64,000 nt of DNA. It comes from an uncultured Candidatus Saccharimonadales bacterium. GTDB taxonomy: Bacteria; Patescibacteriota; Saccharimonadia; UBA4664. The stretch's first letter is position 1. Each line of letters starts with the position of its first letter. The position numbers and the translations under genes were made by a program. Below are positions 27,609 through 36,684 of the stretch, piece by piece. The notes under the pieces are model-generated. The model made no database searches, had not been told where the DNA came from, and was given only the letters and a program-made list of their open reading frames with translations. The stretch is from contig CAZSRA010000003.1 of assembly GCA_964609585.1 (NCBI GenBank), positions 35,405-99,404 of the forward strand. Reading direction: 5' to 3'.

Positions 27609-28034
27609 GTGTCAAGAACAGAAAAAGTGGCAGCTATACAGGATGATCTGCAAGCATTTAGCACGTATGTTTATTTGTTTCAGGAACAAATTGCCGAAAA
27701 AATGAAGCTTCACCCGACCGATTTTCATAGCGTTCATTTGCTAGACAAGTACGGGGCTTTAACAGCGGGCCAGCTGGCTGCCCAGCTTGGTCTGACGAGT
27801 GGTGCGACGACTGCGGTTATTGATAGACTAGCCGGGCTTGGATTTGCGCAGAGGACCACGAGCGACTCTGACCGCCGGAGCACGGTAGTGCAACTGCGAC
27901 CCGCGGGACGCCAGAAGATCAAACGCGAGTATAGATCTGTCGAGAAGAAAATTTACGATGGGCTAGACAAATTCTCGGCTGCTGAGCTCGAAACTATTGC
28001 TCGTTTTTTGAAAGCAATGACGGAGCTGGGCTAA
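27609..28034 (+). CDS. MarR family regulator
   Basis: LHPTDF, LTAGQLA, LTSGATTAVIDRL, DRRS. Confidence 0.9.
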   Translation: MSRTEKVAAIQDDLQAFSTYVYLFQEQIAEKMKLHPTDFHSVHLLDKYGALTAGQLAAQLGLTSGATTAVIDRLAGLGFAQRTTSDSDRRSTVVQLRPAGRQKIKREYRSVEKKIYDGLDKFSAAELETIARFLKAMTELG

Positions 28035-29190
28035 ATTTCGCTTCAAAGCGTAGGTAGCCGGTCGCGAGTAGGGCGATAAGTGCTAGCCCCGCAAACACCA
28101 GTACCAGCTGGTAGGCAATGAAGATGTTGGCTTTGTCGGTAAGATAGCCAAATATGAGGCCCAAGGGCAATAGCACCAAGTTTGAAGCGAACGACAGGGT
28201 GGAAATGGTGGTGGCCCGGATATCCGAGCTTACGCGGTCTTGGACCTGCGTTACGGTTTGATTTTGAATCGCATTTGTGAGGAGCGCTACGAGCAAAAAA
28301 GCGAGGAGGAACCAGCGGGAAGGAAGGAGCGAAAATGCAGCCAATGCGACAATTACCAGAGGGTAGAGGAATATGATCTTTGCGCCAAATTTATGTGCGT
28401 ATATTGAACCAATGGCGGCGGTTAGTGCCATGAAGCCGAAGGCGACGCCGACCCAGATGGTGCTTAGGTTCAGGCCGAGATAATAGAGCTGGCCGTATTC
28501 GGTCTGCGTGCCTTTTATAACCGTGACCGCTACTGAGATGAGGGTGAGGACACGCAGGACTTGGGTATGGCCGATAGCCCTAAAGGATTTTTGCATGTGG
28601 GCCATATAATTTCGATCGGCTACTACTTTGTGATATTTAGGCTCATCAATGGCTGCGATAACGAGGAGATTTGCGAAACACGGTATAAGCGTTAGTAAGT
28701 AAGCTGCAGACAGTGTGCTATGCTCGCCGATAAATCCGCTGGCGATCGACGCGATAAAGATACCGGCCAGAAATGCGGCATAGGTGGCGCCTTGCACGCG
28801 GCCATAATCCTTTTCGCGGTGGTGACTTTTAAGCGAATCGTAGGTTAGGGCCTGGAAGGTGCCAGAGGTGGTGACGACATAAAGTGCATATATAACGGTG
28901 CCAACTAGGTAGCCAGCAAGCGAATGGCTCGTGCCGAGGACAACAGTGCTAACGGCCAGAAAGATTATGGCCATAATTAGTGTATATTTGCGGCTCCAAC
29001 GATCAGCAAGCACCCCGGCCGGCACATCGAGCAAGAGCAGGGTAAGGAGAAAAACCATCGCGTTTAGGGCGATTCCAAAAGCGCTAATGCCAATGGAGCG
29101 CATAAAAACTTTTTCGATGCCGTACCAAAATACCAGGCCGGTGAGAAAATTGGAGAGGTATAGCTGCGGTATATTTGTTCGAGTTACCAT
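27994..29190 (-). CDS. MFS transporter
   Basis: DVPAGVLADRWSRK, SGTFQALTYDSL, about 12 TM segments. Confidence 0.88.
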   Translation of the reverse strand: MVTRTNIPQLYLSNFLTGLVFWYGIEKVFMRSIGISAFGIALNAMVFLLTLLLLDVPAGVLADRWSRKYTLIMAIIFLAVSTVVLGTSHSLAGYLVGTVIYALYVVTTSGTFQALTYDSLKSHHREKDYGRVQGATYAAFLAGIFIASIASGFIGEHSTLSAAYLLTLIPCFANLLVIAAIDEPKYHKVVADRNYMAHMQKSFRAIGHTQVLRVLTLISVAVTVIKGTQTEYGQLYYLGLNLSTIWVGVAFGFMALTAAIGSIYAHKFGAKIIFLYPLVIVALAAFSLLPSRWFLLAFLLVALLTNAIQNQTVTQVQDRVSSDIRATTISTLSFASNLVLLPLGLIFGYLTDKANIFIAYQLVLVFAGLALIALLATGYLRFEAKFSPAPSLLSKNEQ

Positions 29191-29247
29191 GGCAATAGCT
29201 TAGCATGGGCACCTTCGTGGTCTATTTTTACGGTATGATGAAGGGCA

Positions 29248-29805
29248 ATGAACACTTATGCAGTACTCATTCGTGGAATCAATGTGGGGGGCAAAAATCA
29301 TGTGCCGATGGCGGACCTGCGCGAATGCCTCGAGGCTTTAGGATTTTCGCAAGTATCGACCCATATTGCTAGTGGTAACGTGATCTTGAAGTCTCATAAA
29401 AGTGCGGTTGAAATAAAAACGCTGATTGAGGAGGCTTTGCCCGCGCGGTTTAGGCTTGAGAACGAATTTGTGAAGGTTTTGGTGCTGACTGGCGATCAAT
29501 TGCGAGCAATTATCCGGGACAAGCCCGAACATTTTGGTGAGCAGCCAGATAAATACCATAGTGACGCCATCTTTTTGATGGGCATTGATGCGGCTCAGGC
29601 TATGTTGGTGTTTGATCCGAGGGAAGGGGTTGATACGATCTGGCCGGGCAAAGGCGTGATCTATTCTCAGCGACTGAGCGCTATGCGCACCAAGAGCCGG
29701 CTGAGCAAAATTGTGGGTACGCCGGCCTACCGTTCGATGACTATTCGAGGGTGGAATACAACGATGAAGTTGCTGGCGATGCTTGAGGGCTTGGGTGCTT
29801 CGTGA
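29248..29805 (+). CDS. DUF1697 family protein
   Basis: LIRGINVGGKN, THIASGNV, TIRGWNT. Confidence 0.9.
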   Translation: MNTYAVLIRGINVGGKNHVPMADLRECLEALGFSQVSTHIASGNVILKSHKSAVEIKTLIEEALPARFRLENEFVKVLVLTGDQLRAIIRDKPEHFGEQPDKYHSDAIFLMGIDAAQAMLVFDPREGVDTIWPGKGVIYSQRLSAMRTKSRLSKIVGTPAYRSMTIRGWNTTMKLLAMLEGLGAS

Positions 29806-29808
29806 CGG

Positions 29809-30570
29809 TTATTTGCTAGCTATTTTTGAAACAGGTTGGTCGAGATAATCTTGCACGAGTTTTGCGAGCAATAAACCGCCTTTGCTGCTTAGGTGGATGC
29901 CGTCGACATGAAACATCCAGCCGTTTTGAGTCGCCACTTTATCGAGTGACTGTCCGAAGATAAATTCGCGAATCGTATCCCAGTAAAAGCTACGGAATCT
30001 AAAGGCGGTGAAATCTTTGCGGTTTTTTGAATCTAGAATGGCCCGATGCATTTCTTCGTATAGCGGGATGTAATATAGCTTTTCGGAACTGGCAACTTCT
30101 TTGATGATGGCCGAGTATTCGGCAAAACGGCGGTTGAGCTCGGTTTGAACCGGGTTGATAGACTCGGGGTTCTCCCCTACTTCAGACAGGGACATAATCG
30201 CAATATCGTGGGTACCCGCTGCCCGGAGCTTGTCGACCATAGTGATAAGGTTGCGACGGAAGTTTTCGGGTGTGGGAGCTTCGGGGAGGTTTTTGGCCCC
30301 ACCCATAAATTTGAGCACATTGTCGAATACGGCAAGCATAATGTCGTTCCAGCCAAAGGCTAAAATGACTTTTTGAGGATTGGCCGCAATAACCTTGGGC
30401 AAACGTTTCACGCCGTTGTAAGCCGGATCGCCACCCACTCCGAAATTTAGCAGCTTGTAGCGAGCGTTCTCAGGGCGTTTTTGTAAATCTTTGATCCAGT
30501 TAAAACTGCCCAAACCTCTCGTAATACTCGCACCGTGGCAAGCAACAATGATTTTGTCTTGCTCGTTCAT
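29809..30570 (-). CDS. SGNH/GDSL hydrolase
   Basis: HGASITRG, NFGVGG, GWND, DGIH. Confidence 0.85.
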   Translation of the reverse strand: MNEQDKIIVACHGASITRGLGSFNWIKDLQKRPENARYKLLNFGVGGDPAYNGVKRLPKVIAANPQKVILAFGWNDIMLAVFDNVLKFMGGAKNLPEAPTPENFRRNLITMVDKLRAAGTHDIAIMSLSEVGENPESINPVQTELNRRFAEYSAIIKEVASSEKLYYIPLYEEMHRAILDSKNRKDFTAFRFRSFYWDTIREFIFGQSLDKVATQNGWMFHVDGIHLSSKGGLLLAKLVQDYLDQPVSKIASK

Positions 30571-31217
30571 AGAACCTCCTTAGCTTTTTCTATGATTAAC
30601 CCGTCCACAATAAAACCGACGAGCCAATCTCTACCGTTGGCTTTCGAAGCGTAAGGTTCTTCTCCAGGAATAAGCGCGGCATGGAGTGACGCGGTGGCGG
30701 TATACGCCAGACACAGATTTATGAGCATGAATGCCTGAAAAGTAGAAGCGACGCCGGGTCGAAGTTGTGCCCGAGACTGAGCGTCCGCAAAACGAGCTGC
30801 GAACGCACGCTCGGTCGATGTTTTCGCGAGCCGCGAAGCCACCCGCCGATATGACTGCCACTGGGCTGCCGCTTCCCACGCGAGTATTTGGCGATCATTG
30901 GGATGACTTGAAAGGTAGTCGAGCATAGCGCCGACAAGATCAGATAAGAAAAGCTGGAAGTCGGCCGAGTTTGGTGTCTTTGCTAGGTGGGCGTTTAAGC
31001 TGTCGTTCAGGCGGGCCAGGACGGCGAGGTATAGACCGTCTTTGTTCTCGAAATATTGGCATATGAGGCTGCGATTATAACCCGAGACCTCGGCAATAAT
31101 GTCGAACCTTGCGCCATCGTATCCGGATGCTGCGAAAGCGCTTTCGGCAGCATCGAGTATGGCCTTCTTTGCGATTAAAGGATTGCGTTTGCGCTTGAGG
31201 GTGATTGGAGTTGGCAT
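30567..31217 (-). CDS. TetR family regulator
   Basis: ILDAAESAFAASGYDG...YFENKDGLY. Confidence 0.88.
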   Translation of the reverse strand: MPTPITLKRKRNPLIAKKAILDAAESAFAASGYDGARFDIIAEVSGYNRSLICQYFENKDGLYLAVLARLNDSLNAHLAKTPNSADFQLFLSDLVGAMLDYLSSHPNDRQILAWEAAAQWQSYRRVASRLAKTSTERAFAARFADAQSRAQLRPGVASTFQAFMLINLCLAYTATASLHAALIPGEEPYASKANGRDWLVGFIVDGLIIEKAKEVL

Positions 31218-31346
31218 TAATTATAACTAACCATTTGTTTAGTTATCTTAATACTGGGATGCGTAATAGCGCAAGTCGGCAAAACCGTAATTAGTTGTTT
31301 GCCGACTTGTGTTTGGATTCCAAAGAGCGACTCAGGCCTTGATTGG

Positions 31347-32207
31347 TTATCTGGCCGAGACGACGACTTGGGTTTGCGAAAGTGCAGATACAAAGCTATC
31401 GATTTGTTGCTTGGTTTGGGTGGGGTAGTTTTTGGCCACGAAATCGGAACGAATCTGACCACTCATTTTACTCCACTGTGAGTCGTAGTTGAGACCGTCA
31501 TGGATTCGAATGTATCCGGTCAAATAAAATGGCTTGCCGTTTAGCTCTGCATAGCCCTCTAGGGTCATGCTAGGTGTATAGCCGTCTACACCCGAAGCTA
31601 CTGTGTAGCAAACGTTAAATACGTCGCTTTTTGTCTTAAACCCGGTTGTGGCGTCTTTTACACAGCTGCTCGTGCGCGTTTTGAGATCGGTGATAAACTT
31701 TGCCTTCTCGGCTGGCGAAGCAGGGGCGCCCTGGGGTGGGTTTTTGGTGGTCGCATTTAACCAAGAGCTACTTAATGCAACCATTGAAATCTCGCTGTTG
31801 CTTCCGGTCGGATCATCGGCTAGGTAGCCAATGCTCCACCGCCCCATTTCATCGTTGAACTTATCGGTGTAACCGGCATTCGCCCCAGGATTTTGAATGG
31901 ATGAACCTATGCGAACAGCTCCCACGGAATTGGGCAGAGAAAGGCTTGTAGCAATGCTGTTTTTGGGCATTTCAAAGGGATATCCTAAGCTTTTGACGGC
32001 AAAGATAGACTTGGCGAGGGTGGGGGTTGGCGAACTGGCACTTTTAGTAGCCGAAACGGTGGTGTCTGAGTTTTGATTTTTCGCATTATGGTAAAGGGCT
32101 CCTAGAAAAATCACTGCACCGATTAGTGCCACAACCAGGACCGACAAAAAAGTAATTGTTGCGTTCCCATCGCGTTTTTGTGGCGCAGCTTGAGTGTCTG
32201 GTGTCAT
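31347..32207 (-). CDS. Hypothetical membrane-anchored extracellular protein
   Basis: Single N-terminal TM, Ser/Thr-rich linker, soluble domain with two Cys. Confidence 0.75.
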   Translation of the reverse strand: MTPDTQAAPQKRDGNATITFLSVLVVALIGAVIFLGALYHNAKNQNSDTTVSATKSASSPTPTLAKSIFAVKSLGYPFEMPKNSIATSLSLPNSVGAVRIGSSIQNPGANAGYTDKFNDEMGRWSIGYLADDPTGSNSEISMVALSSSWLNATTKNPPQGAPASPAEKAKFITDLKTRTSSCVKDATTGFKTKSDVFNVCYTVASGVDGYTPSMTLEGYAELNGKPFYLTGYIRIHDGLNYDSQWSKMSGQIRSDFVAKNYPTQTKQQIDSFVSALSQTQVVVSAR

Positions 32208-32286
32208 ATTCGTACCTTGTTATTGGGATATTTTAGCATAAACGTTATGGCTCGTGTGAAACTCGAGCCGGGGTTACTAGAGTTGA

Positions 32287-32727
32287 TTAGTCTTCTACTT
32301 CTAGCCCGGGATTCCAAATGACTTCCCACAAGTGACCGTCTAAGTCCTCAAAGTAACCTGAGTAAATACCCCACGGCCGATCGTGTGGTTCGGCTGTAAT
32401 GGTAGCACCTGCCGCTTTGGCTTTTTGCAGGAGGGCGTCAACTGCTTCTTTGGAATTAACGGCGTATCCTAGACTAAATTCTGCGGAGCTTGGTGCTCCC
32501 GGCTTAAGACTCGCATCTTTTATTAATTCGGTGCGAGGATACAAAGCAAAAATTAGGCCGCCTTGCAACTCAAAAAATGCCACCGCGCCCGAGGGGTTTG
32601 TGGCGTCGCCCTTAAATTCAGTGCCAATAATGCCCTGTGAGGGAAGGCCAAGCCCGTTTTGATAGAAGCTGAGCGCCTTCTCTAGATCGTTTACTGCGAG
32701 GGTGATGACATTTAGGCGAGGTTTCAT
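32287..32727 (-). CDS. VOC/glyoxalase family protein
   Basis: ITLAVNDLEKALSFY, WGIYSGYFEDLDGHLWEV. Confidence 0.92.
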   Translation of the reverse strand: MKPRLNVITLAVNDLEKALSFYQNGLGLPSQGIIGTEFKGDATNPSGAVAFFELQGGLIFALYPRTELIKDASLKPGAPSSAEFSLGYAVNSKEAVDALLQKAKAAGATITAEPHDRPWGIYSGYFEDLDGHLWEVIWNPGLEVED

Positions 32728-32791
32728 AGCCTGATTATATCAGTGTAAACGGTTGGATTGGATGGCTTTTTAAGATTGTTTGTGTTCAACG

Positions 32792-32946
32792 GTGCCGCTT
32801 GCTGGCGGGTGCCCGTTTCGTGTGGTCAGTGGCCGGTGCCGGGGTCCTCGATGAGCGTGAGCGTGGATATGATTGCCTTTCGGCCGAAGAGATGGCCGAG
32901 CAAGCACTCTGTTAGTTTCTTAGTTTATAAAATTGTATTCTGTCAA
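32792..32946 (-). other. GC-rich intergenic islet: structured RNA or decayed mini-cassette
   Basis: TTGACA at 32946-32941; ends pair (GCTTGCT.GGC / GCCAGCAAGC); GCC-GAAA-GGC hairpin; GC-rich against AT-rich flanks. Confidence 0.4.
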
Positions 32947-32997
32947 CTATTAGTTTCATCCTATGTTTCTGATTAAGTGATCTGATATATTTGATGT

Positions 32998-33927
32998 ATG
33001 AAAATTACTATTTGCGGCTCTATGCACCACATCGATGGCCTTTTTAAGCTTAAGGACGTTCTCGAGAAGCGAGGCTACGAAGTTGAAGTGCCCGACTTTG
33101 ACGAAGGACCGGGCTATGCGGGGTTAACGGATGAGCAGCACGCTATCAAAAAAGAAGGGTTTATACAGCAGCATCTGGGCAGAATCTCTGATTCAGACGC
33201 AATTTTGATTTATAACGACGAAAAGAACGGGATTGCCGGCTATGTTGGCGGCAATTGTCTGATGGAGATGGCTTTTGCGTATTCGCAAAATATTGAGATA
33301 TTCTTGCTCAATGACGCGAGAGCAATGAGTTATGCTGACGAAATTTATGCGATGCGACCGATTATATTGGGCGGTGAACTTGAGGCGATCGACAATCATT
33401 TTGAGAGTCTGCCGAAGGTATTTGTGAGCAGCAAGAGCCCCATTAAGCTGCGGTCGATAAACCGCGGGATGCGTGCAGCCGGTATTCGTGTCCGCGCACT
33501 GCCACACCCGACACAGTCGAACGTAGCCGAGCAGCCTAGAAATATTGAGGAAACTTACGAAGGCGCCCAAAACCGGCATGAGGCCTTGAAGCACGAGACG
33601 GCCAGCGAGACAGTAGCTTATCTTGCCACTATCGAAAGTGGCCTGTTTGCGGCTCACCCGAAGCACAATGCCTTTAGCAGCACTGTTGTAATTCTTGAGG
33701 CGGTTGGCTCGGAGCGCAAAATTGGCATTAGCGTAGAGCTTGAATACCCGAAAGCAATGACCGACAAAATACCTTCACAATATGCTGATCTTGGTGAGCT
33801 GGTACAGGCAGAGTATGGTTCTGCGTTGAAGGATCCTTTTCCTTACTTCACTGGCGGAAAGATAAACCGGCTCAGATTGGTGGAGAATGCGGTATTTAAT
33901 GTGGCCGTCCAACTAAAGGCAGATTAA
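32998..33927 (+). CDS. Fusion of nucleoside 2-deoxyribosyltransferase-like domain and YjjX/DUF84 inosine-xanthosine triphosphatase
   Basis: N-terminal ITICGSM...SDAILIYN...GYVGGNCLMEMAFA; C-terminal SSKSPIKL, SNVAEQP...ETYEGAQNR, IESGL. Confidence 0.72.
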   Translation: MKITICGSMHHIDGLFKLKDVLEKRGYEVEVPDFDEGPGYAGLTDEQHAIKKEGFIQQHLGRISDSDAILIYNDEKNGIAGYVGGNCLMEMAFAYSQNIEIFLLNDARAMSYADEIYAMRPIILGGELEAIDNHFESLPKVFVSSKSPIKLRSINRGMRAAGIRVRALPHPTQSNVAEQPRNIEETYEGAQNRHEALKHETASETVAYLATIESGLFAAHPKHNAFSSTVVILEAVGSERKIGISVELEYPKAMTDKIPSQYADLGELVQAEYGSALKDPFPYFTGGKINRLRLVENAVFNVAVQLKAD

Positions 33928-33949
33928 GAGCTCGACTGCCAATAACAAC

Positions 33950-34183
33950 TTGCAATCTATTAAATAGTAGGTTATTATATATTTCAATACACGCGCAATC
34001 TGTGTTGGGCGCATCCCTCTCTTAATTTGCTTATTTGATCATAACGAAAGCGAAACTCCCCCTCTACTGGGGTGAATCGAATCTTAACCTAAGGCGAAGG
34101 TCAGGCGACCCTCGCGTGATGCTGATCGAAGCATTTTTTGCTGTGTTTTTAATGGTCAGCGACTGCTGAGAAAGATTTGGTTT
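33950..34183 (+). promoter_or_regulatory. Promoter plus ~200-nt structured 5' leader
   Basis: TTGCAA (33950-55), 17 bp, TATTAT (33973-78); several hairpins including ATGCT-gatcga-AGCAT followed by a T tract (34119-34139). Confidence 0.55.
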
Positions 34184-35227
34184 ATGAAGGTTCTTTTGAA
34201 AAAACTTAACAAACATATTGAGATTGTCGGATTCCGCGACCCCCGGCTTAATTTCCAAGCTACTGATTCGCAAATGGCGATGCTCGGCGTGCTCAGTGAG
34301 CTTTATACCAAGGTCGGGGTAACGTTGATAGATGGCGTAGATGACCTTGAAAAGCTCGTGCGAAGACGGCCCGACCTTATCGTTTCAGATATGAAACTAG
34401 TTCTCGGCTCATCCAAATCTGAGAAGTCCAAAGTTTGGCTTTCAACCTATTTTGGAGAGCATGGGATTAACTTTACCGGCTCTCTTATGGAGGCGTTGGC
34501 GCTTGATTCCAATAAACCTGAAGCCAAGCAACGAGTGTTGGACGCAGGCCTGCGGAGTTCTGCCTACTTCATATCCAGGCTTGGTTCATCTACCCAGAAG
34601 CACAATTTGAAATTCCCGCTATTCGTAAAGCCAACCAATCTTAGCGACAGCGAGGGTGTCGATGAAAAATCAATCGTCCACTCTGAGGCCGAGCTTGTGT
34701 CCAAGATTGCATTCATCCACCTGAACTTTGCGTCGGATGCACTGGTAGAAGAGTATTTGCCGGGTCGGGAGTTCAGCGTAGCTGTCATGAGGCAACCTCA
34801 TTCGGATGTGCTGGTGGCGATGCCGATTGAGGTAGTAGCCCCGGCCGATGAAAAGGGTAATAGTTTTTTGAAACAAGTGATAAAAAAAGCCAATACTGAA
34901 AAGGTTCTTGGGGTAGATGACCTTCACTTGAAGGATGCGCTTAGTGCTCTGGCGATAGGCGCCTTTAGAGCCTTGGGTTCTCGCGATTATGGCCGAATTG
35001 ATATGAGACTCGATGCAAACGGCATGCCCAACTTCATTGAGGCCAACCTTTTGCCGGGCCTTTCAACTCACGGCTATTTGTCCAGGTGCCTTTTCATAAA
35101 CCAGAAGATTGGCTACGACGAGATGATTACATCGATCGTTAATTTGGCATTTGAACGAGCCGCCAAGTTGCCCAGGGCTAAAATAAACAGGCCGGTTACA
35201 ATCCAACCCGTTTTAGCGATAAGCTGA
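34184..35227 (+). CDS. D-Ala-D-Ala-ligase-like ATP-grasp protein (divergent)
   Basis: FTGS, FPLFVKP, LVEEYLPGREFSV, DYGRIDMR, FIEANLLPGL. Confidence 0.8.
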   Translation: MKVLLKKLNKHIEIVGFRDPRLNFQATDSQMAMLGVLSELYTKVGVTLIDGVDDLEKLVRRRPDLIVSDMKLVLGSSKSEKSKVWLSTYFGEHGINFTGSLMEALALDSNKPEAKQRVLDAGLRSSAYFISRLGSSTQKHNLKFPLFVKPTNLSDSEGVDEKSIVHSEAELVSKIAFIHLNFASDALVEEYLPGREFSVAVMRQPHSDVLVAMPIEVVAPADEKGNSFLKQVIKKANTEKVLGVDDLHLKDALSALAIGAFRALGSRDYGRIDMRLDANGMPNFIEANLLPGLSTHGYLSRCLFINQKIGYDEMITSIVNLAFERAAKLPRAKINRPVTIQPVLAIS

Positions 35228-35305
35228 TTTAAAAGAAGTCGCTTAACAGCCAATCTTCAGCCGTTGAAGCTATACTTGAGACTTAAGGGCTCTTGAAAAA
35301 AGTAC

Positions 35306-35791
35306 GTGAAATCATTACCAAGACTATTACTGGCCTCATATTCATTGCTTCTGTCGTGGCTTGTGCTGTTCAAGCTTTCCTTTGATTTGCCCTCGGTGCT
35401 GAATATTCAAATCAGAAGTCTCAACTTAATCCCCTTTGCTGGTTCTCCCCAGAGTCATGCGGAGATGATTACTAATTTTGTAGTCTTTGTTCCTCTCGGA
35501 CTGCTGCTGGGCGTCAATTTCAGGCATACGAGCTTCTGGCGAAAACTCGCTTTTGTATTCTTGTTTAGCCTGATTGCCGAAGTGATTCAGTTTGTGCTGG
35601 CGATCGGAATCACCGACATAACAGATGTGATAACGAATACTGTGGGCGGGTTTTTTGGCTTGGCGCTCTACGGTCTGGGCAGTAAGTATGTTGATGAAGC
35701 AAGGCTAGACCGATTTATTGTGGTGGTGGGGACGGCGCTATTTATTGCGGTTATGGTGCTTCGTATTTTTGTTTTGAGGGTAAGGTATTAG
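35306..35791 (+). CDS. vanZ: VanZ family membrane protein
   Basis: NLIPF, NFVVFVPLG, EVIQF, DITDVITNTVGG. Confidence 0.85.
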   Translation: MKSLPRLLLASYSLLLSWLVLFKLSFDLPSVLNIQIRSLNLIPFAGSPQSHAEMITNFVVFVPLGLLLGVNFRHTSFWRKLAFVFLFSLIAEVIQFVLAIGITDITDVITNTVGGFFGLALYGLGSKYVDEARLDRFIVVVGTALFIAVMVLRIFVLRVRY

Positions 35792-35819
35792 TGCAGAATT
35801 GCCCCTTAACCTTGATGCT

Positions 35820-36209
35820 CTAGTCGGATATATCTCTGGGCCAATGGTAATGAAAATAAAGTAATGGTTCATCCGATTGCTGGATATCACTGTATAGTTC
35901 AAATCGATGAACGTATTGTTTGTCGGATAATTCTCTGGATAAACGAGAAAGGTTTCGTTTTGCGGTATCAAGGGCTTTGAAGTCCCCGGTGAAATTACAA
36001 CTGTTTCCGTCCGAGTCTAGAGTCTCTAAATAGTCGGCGTCCGGGAATGTTATCTTGGCTGTAAAGTTCCGTCCTCCAAAGGCTTCGCGGTAGGACGTTT
36101 GGAAACCGCTATCTGCAAGGGTGTCTACTAATAATTTGAGACCGTTGGGACATTTGATCTCTCCGTAACATCTGTATTCAACTTGTGAGTTGTCATGCTG
36201 CATATACAT
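35820..36209 (-). CDS. Hypothetical protein
   Basis: 129-aa ORF, no recognised motif. Confidence 0.55.
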   Translation of the reverse strand: MYMQHDNSQVEYRCYGEIKCPNGLKLLVDTLADSGFQTSYREAFGGRNFTAKITFPDADYLETLDSDGNSCNFTGDFKALDTAKRNLSRLSRELSDKQYVHRFELYSDIQQSDEPLLYFHYHWPRDISD

Positions 36210-36389
36210 AATGTATCACGATGAACACGGGGCTCATTAAATACGGGCTATAAATTAATAGGTGCAATGGCTGAGCATATCGGTTTAGAACCTTTTTGGC
36301 CTCAAAATGAGACAAATGAGACACAGCATTGGCTAGCCAAGACTTGACTATTGTAATACATTATGGCGTATTTCAGCCAGATACTCTCG

Positions 36390-36515
36390 TTACTTACCTT
36401 TTCTCTTCTTTGCTTGAGCTAGAGCGCTTGCGATTGGCCCACGGTCGATCTTTGGTGTACTTTTTTTAGGCAGGTCTTTGCCGGCCTGACTAGCCTCTTT
36501 CTTACTTGTTGTCAC
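36390..36515 (-). CDS. Small basic protein (41 aa, absent from ORF track)
   Basis: Strong GAGGAGG RBS, GTG start; MTTSKKEASQAGKDLPKKSTPKIDRGPIASALAQAKKRKGK. Confidence 0.65.
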   Translation of the reverse strand: MTTSKKEASQAGKDLPKKSTPKIDRGPIASALAQAKKRKGK

Positions 36516-36684
36516 TTTAACCTCCTCGATTATCATCTGGTTCAACCATAGTTGTATTAAAAATATTATTCAATACTTATGATTATAAGTCAAATCGCTT
36601 ATGTTATAAATATCAGCTGTACCCATTGGCTTAATTACTAGGGCGTTGGGCCACAATGTACATCTGGTCTTGTTAGCCGGTACT

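Noticed and set aside
34060-34110. GGGGTGAATC resembles part of the c-di-AMP (ydaO) riboswitch
   Set aside because: The flanking GCTGAATCC and GTCAGCTAAC elements are not present; kept only as an unassigned leader
34184-35791. Glycopeptide-resistance (van) cluster
   Set aside because: No vanH/X/Y/R/S; VanZ-like and Ddl-like genes alone are insufficient
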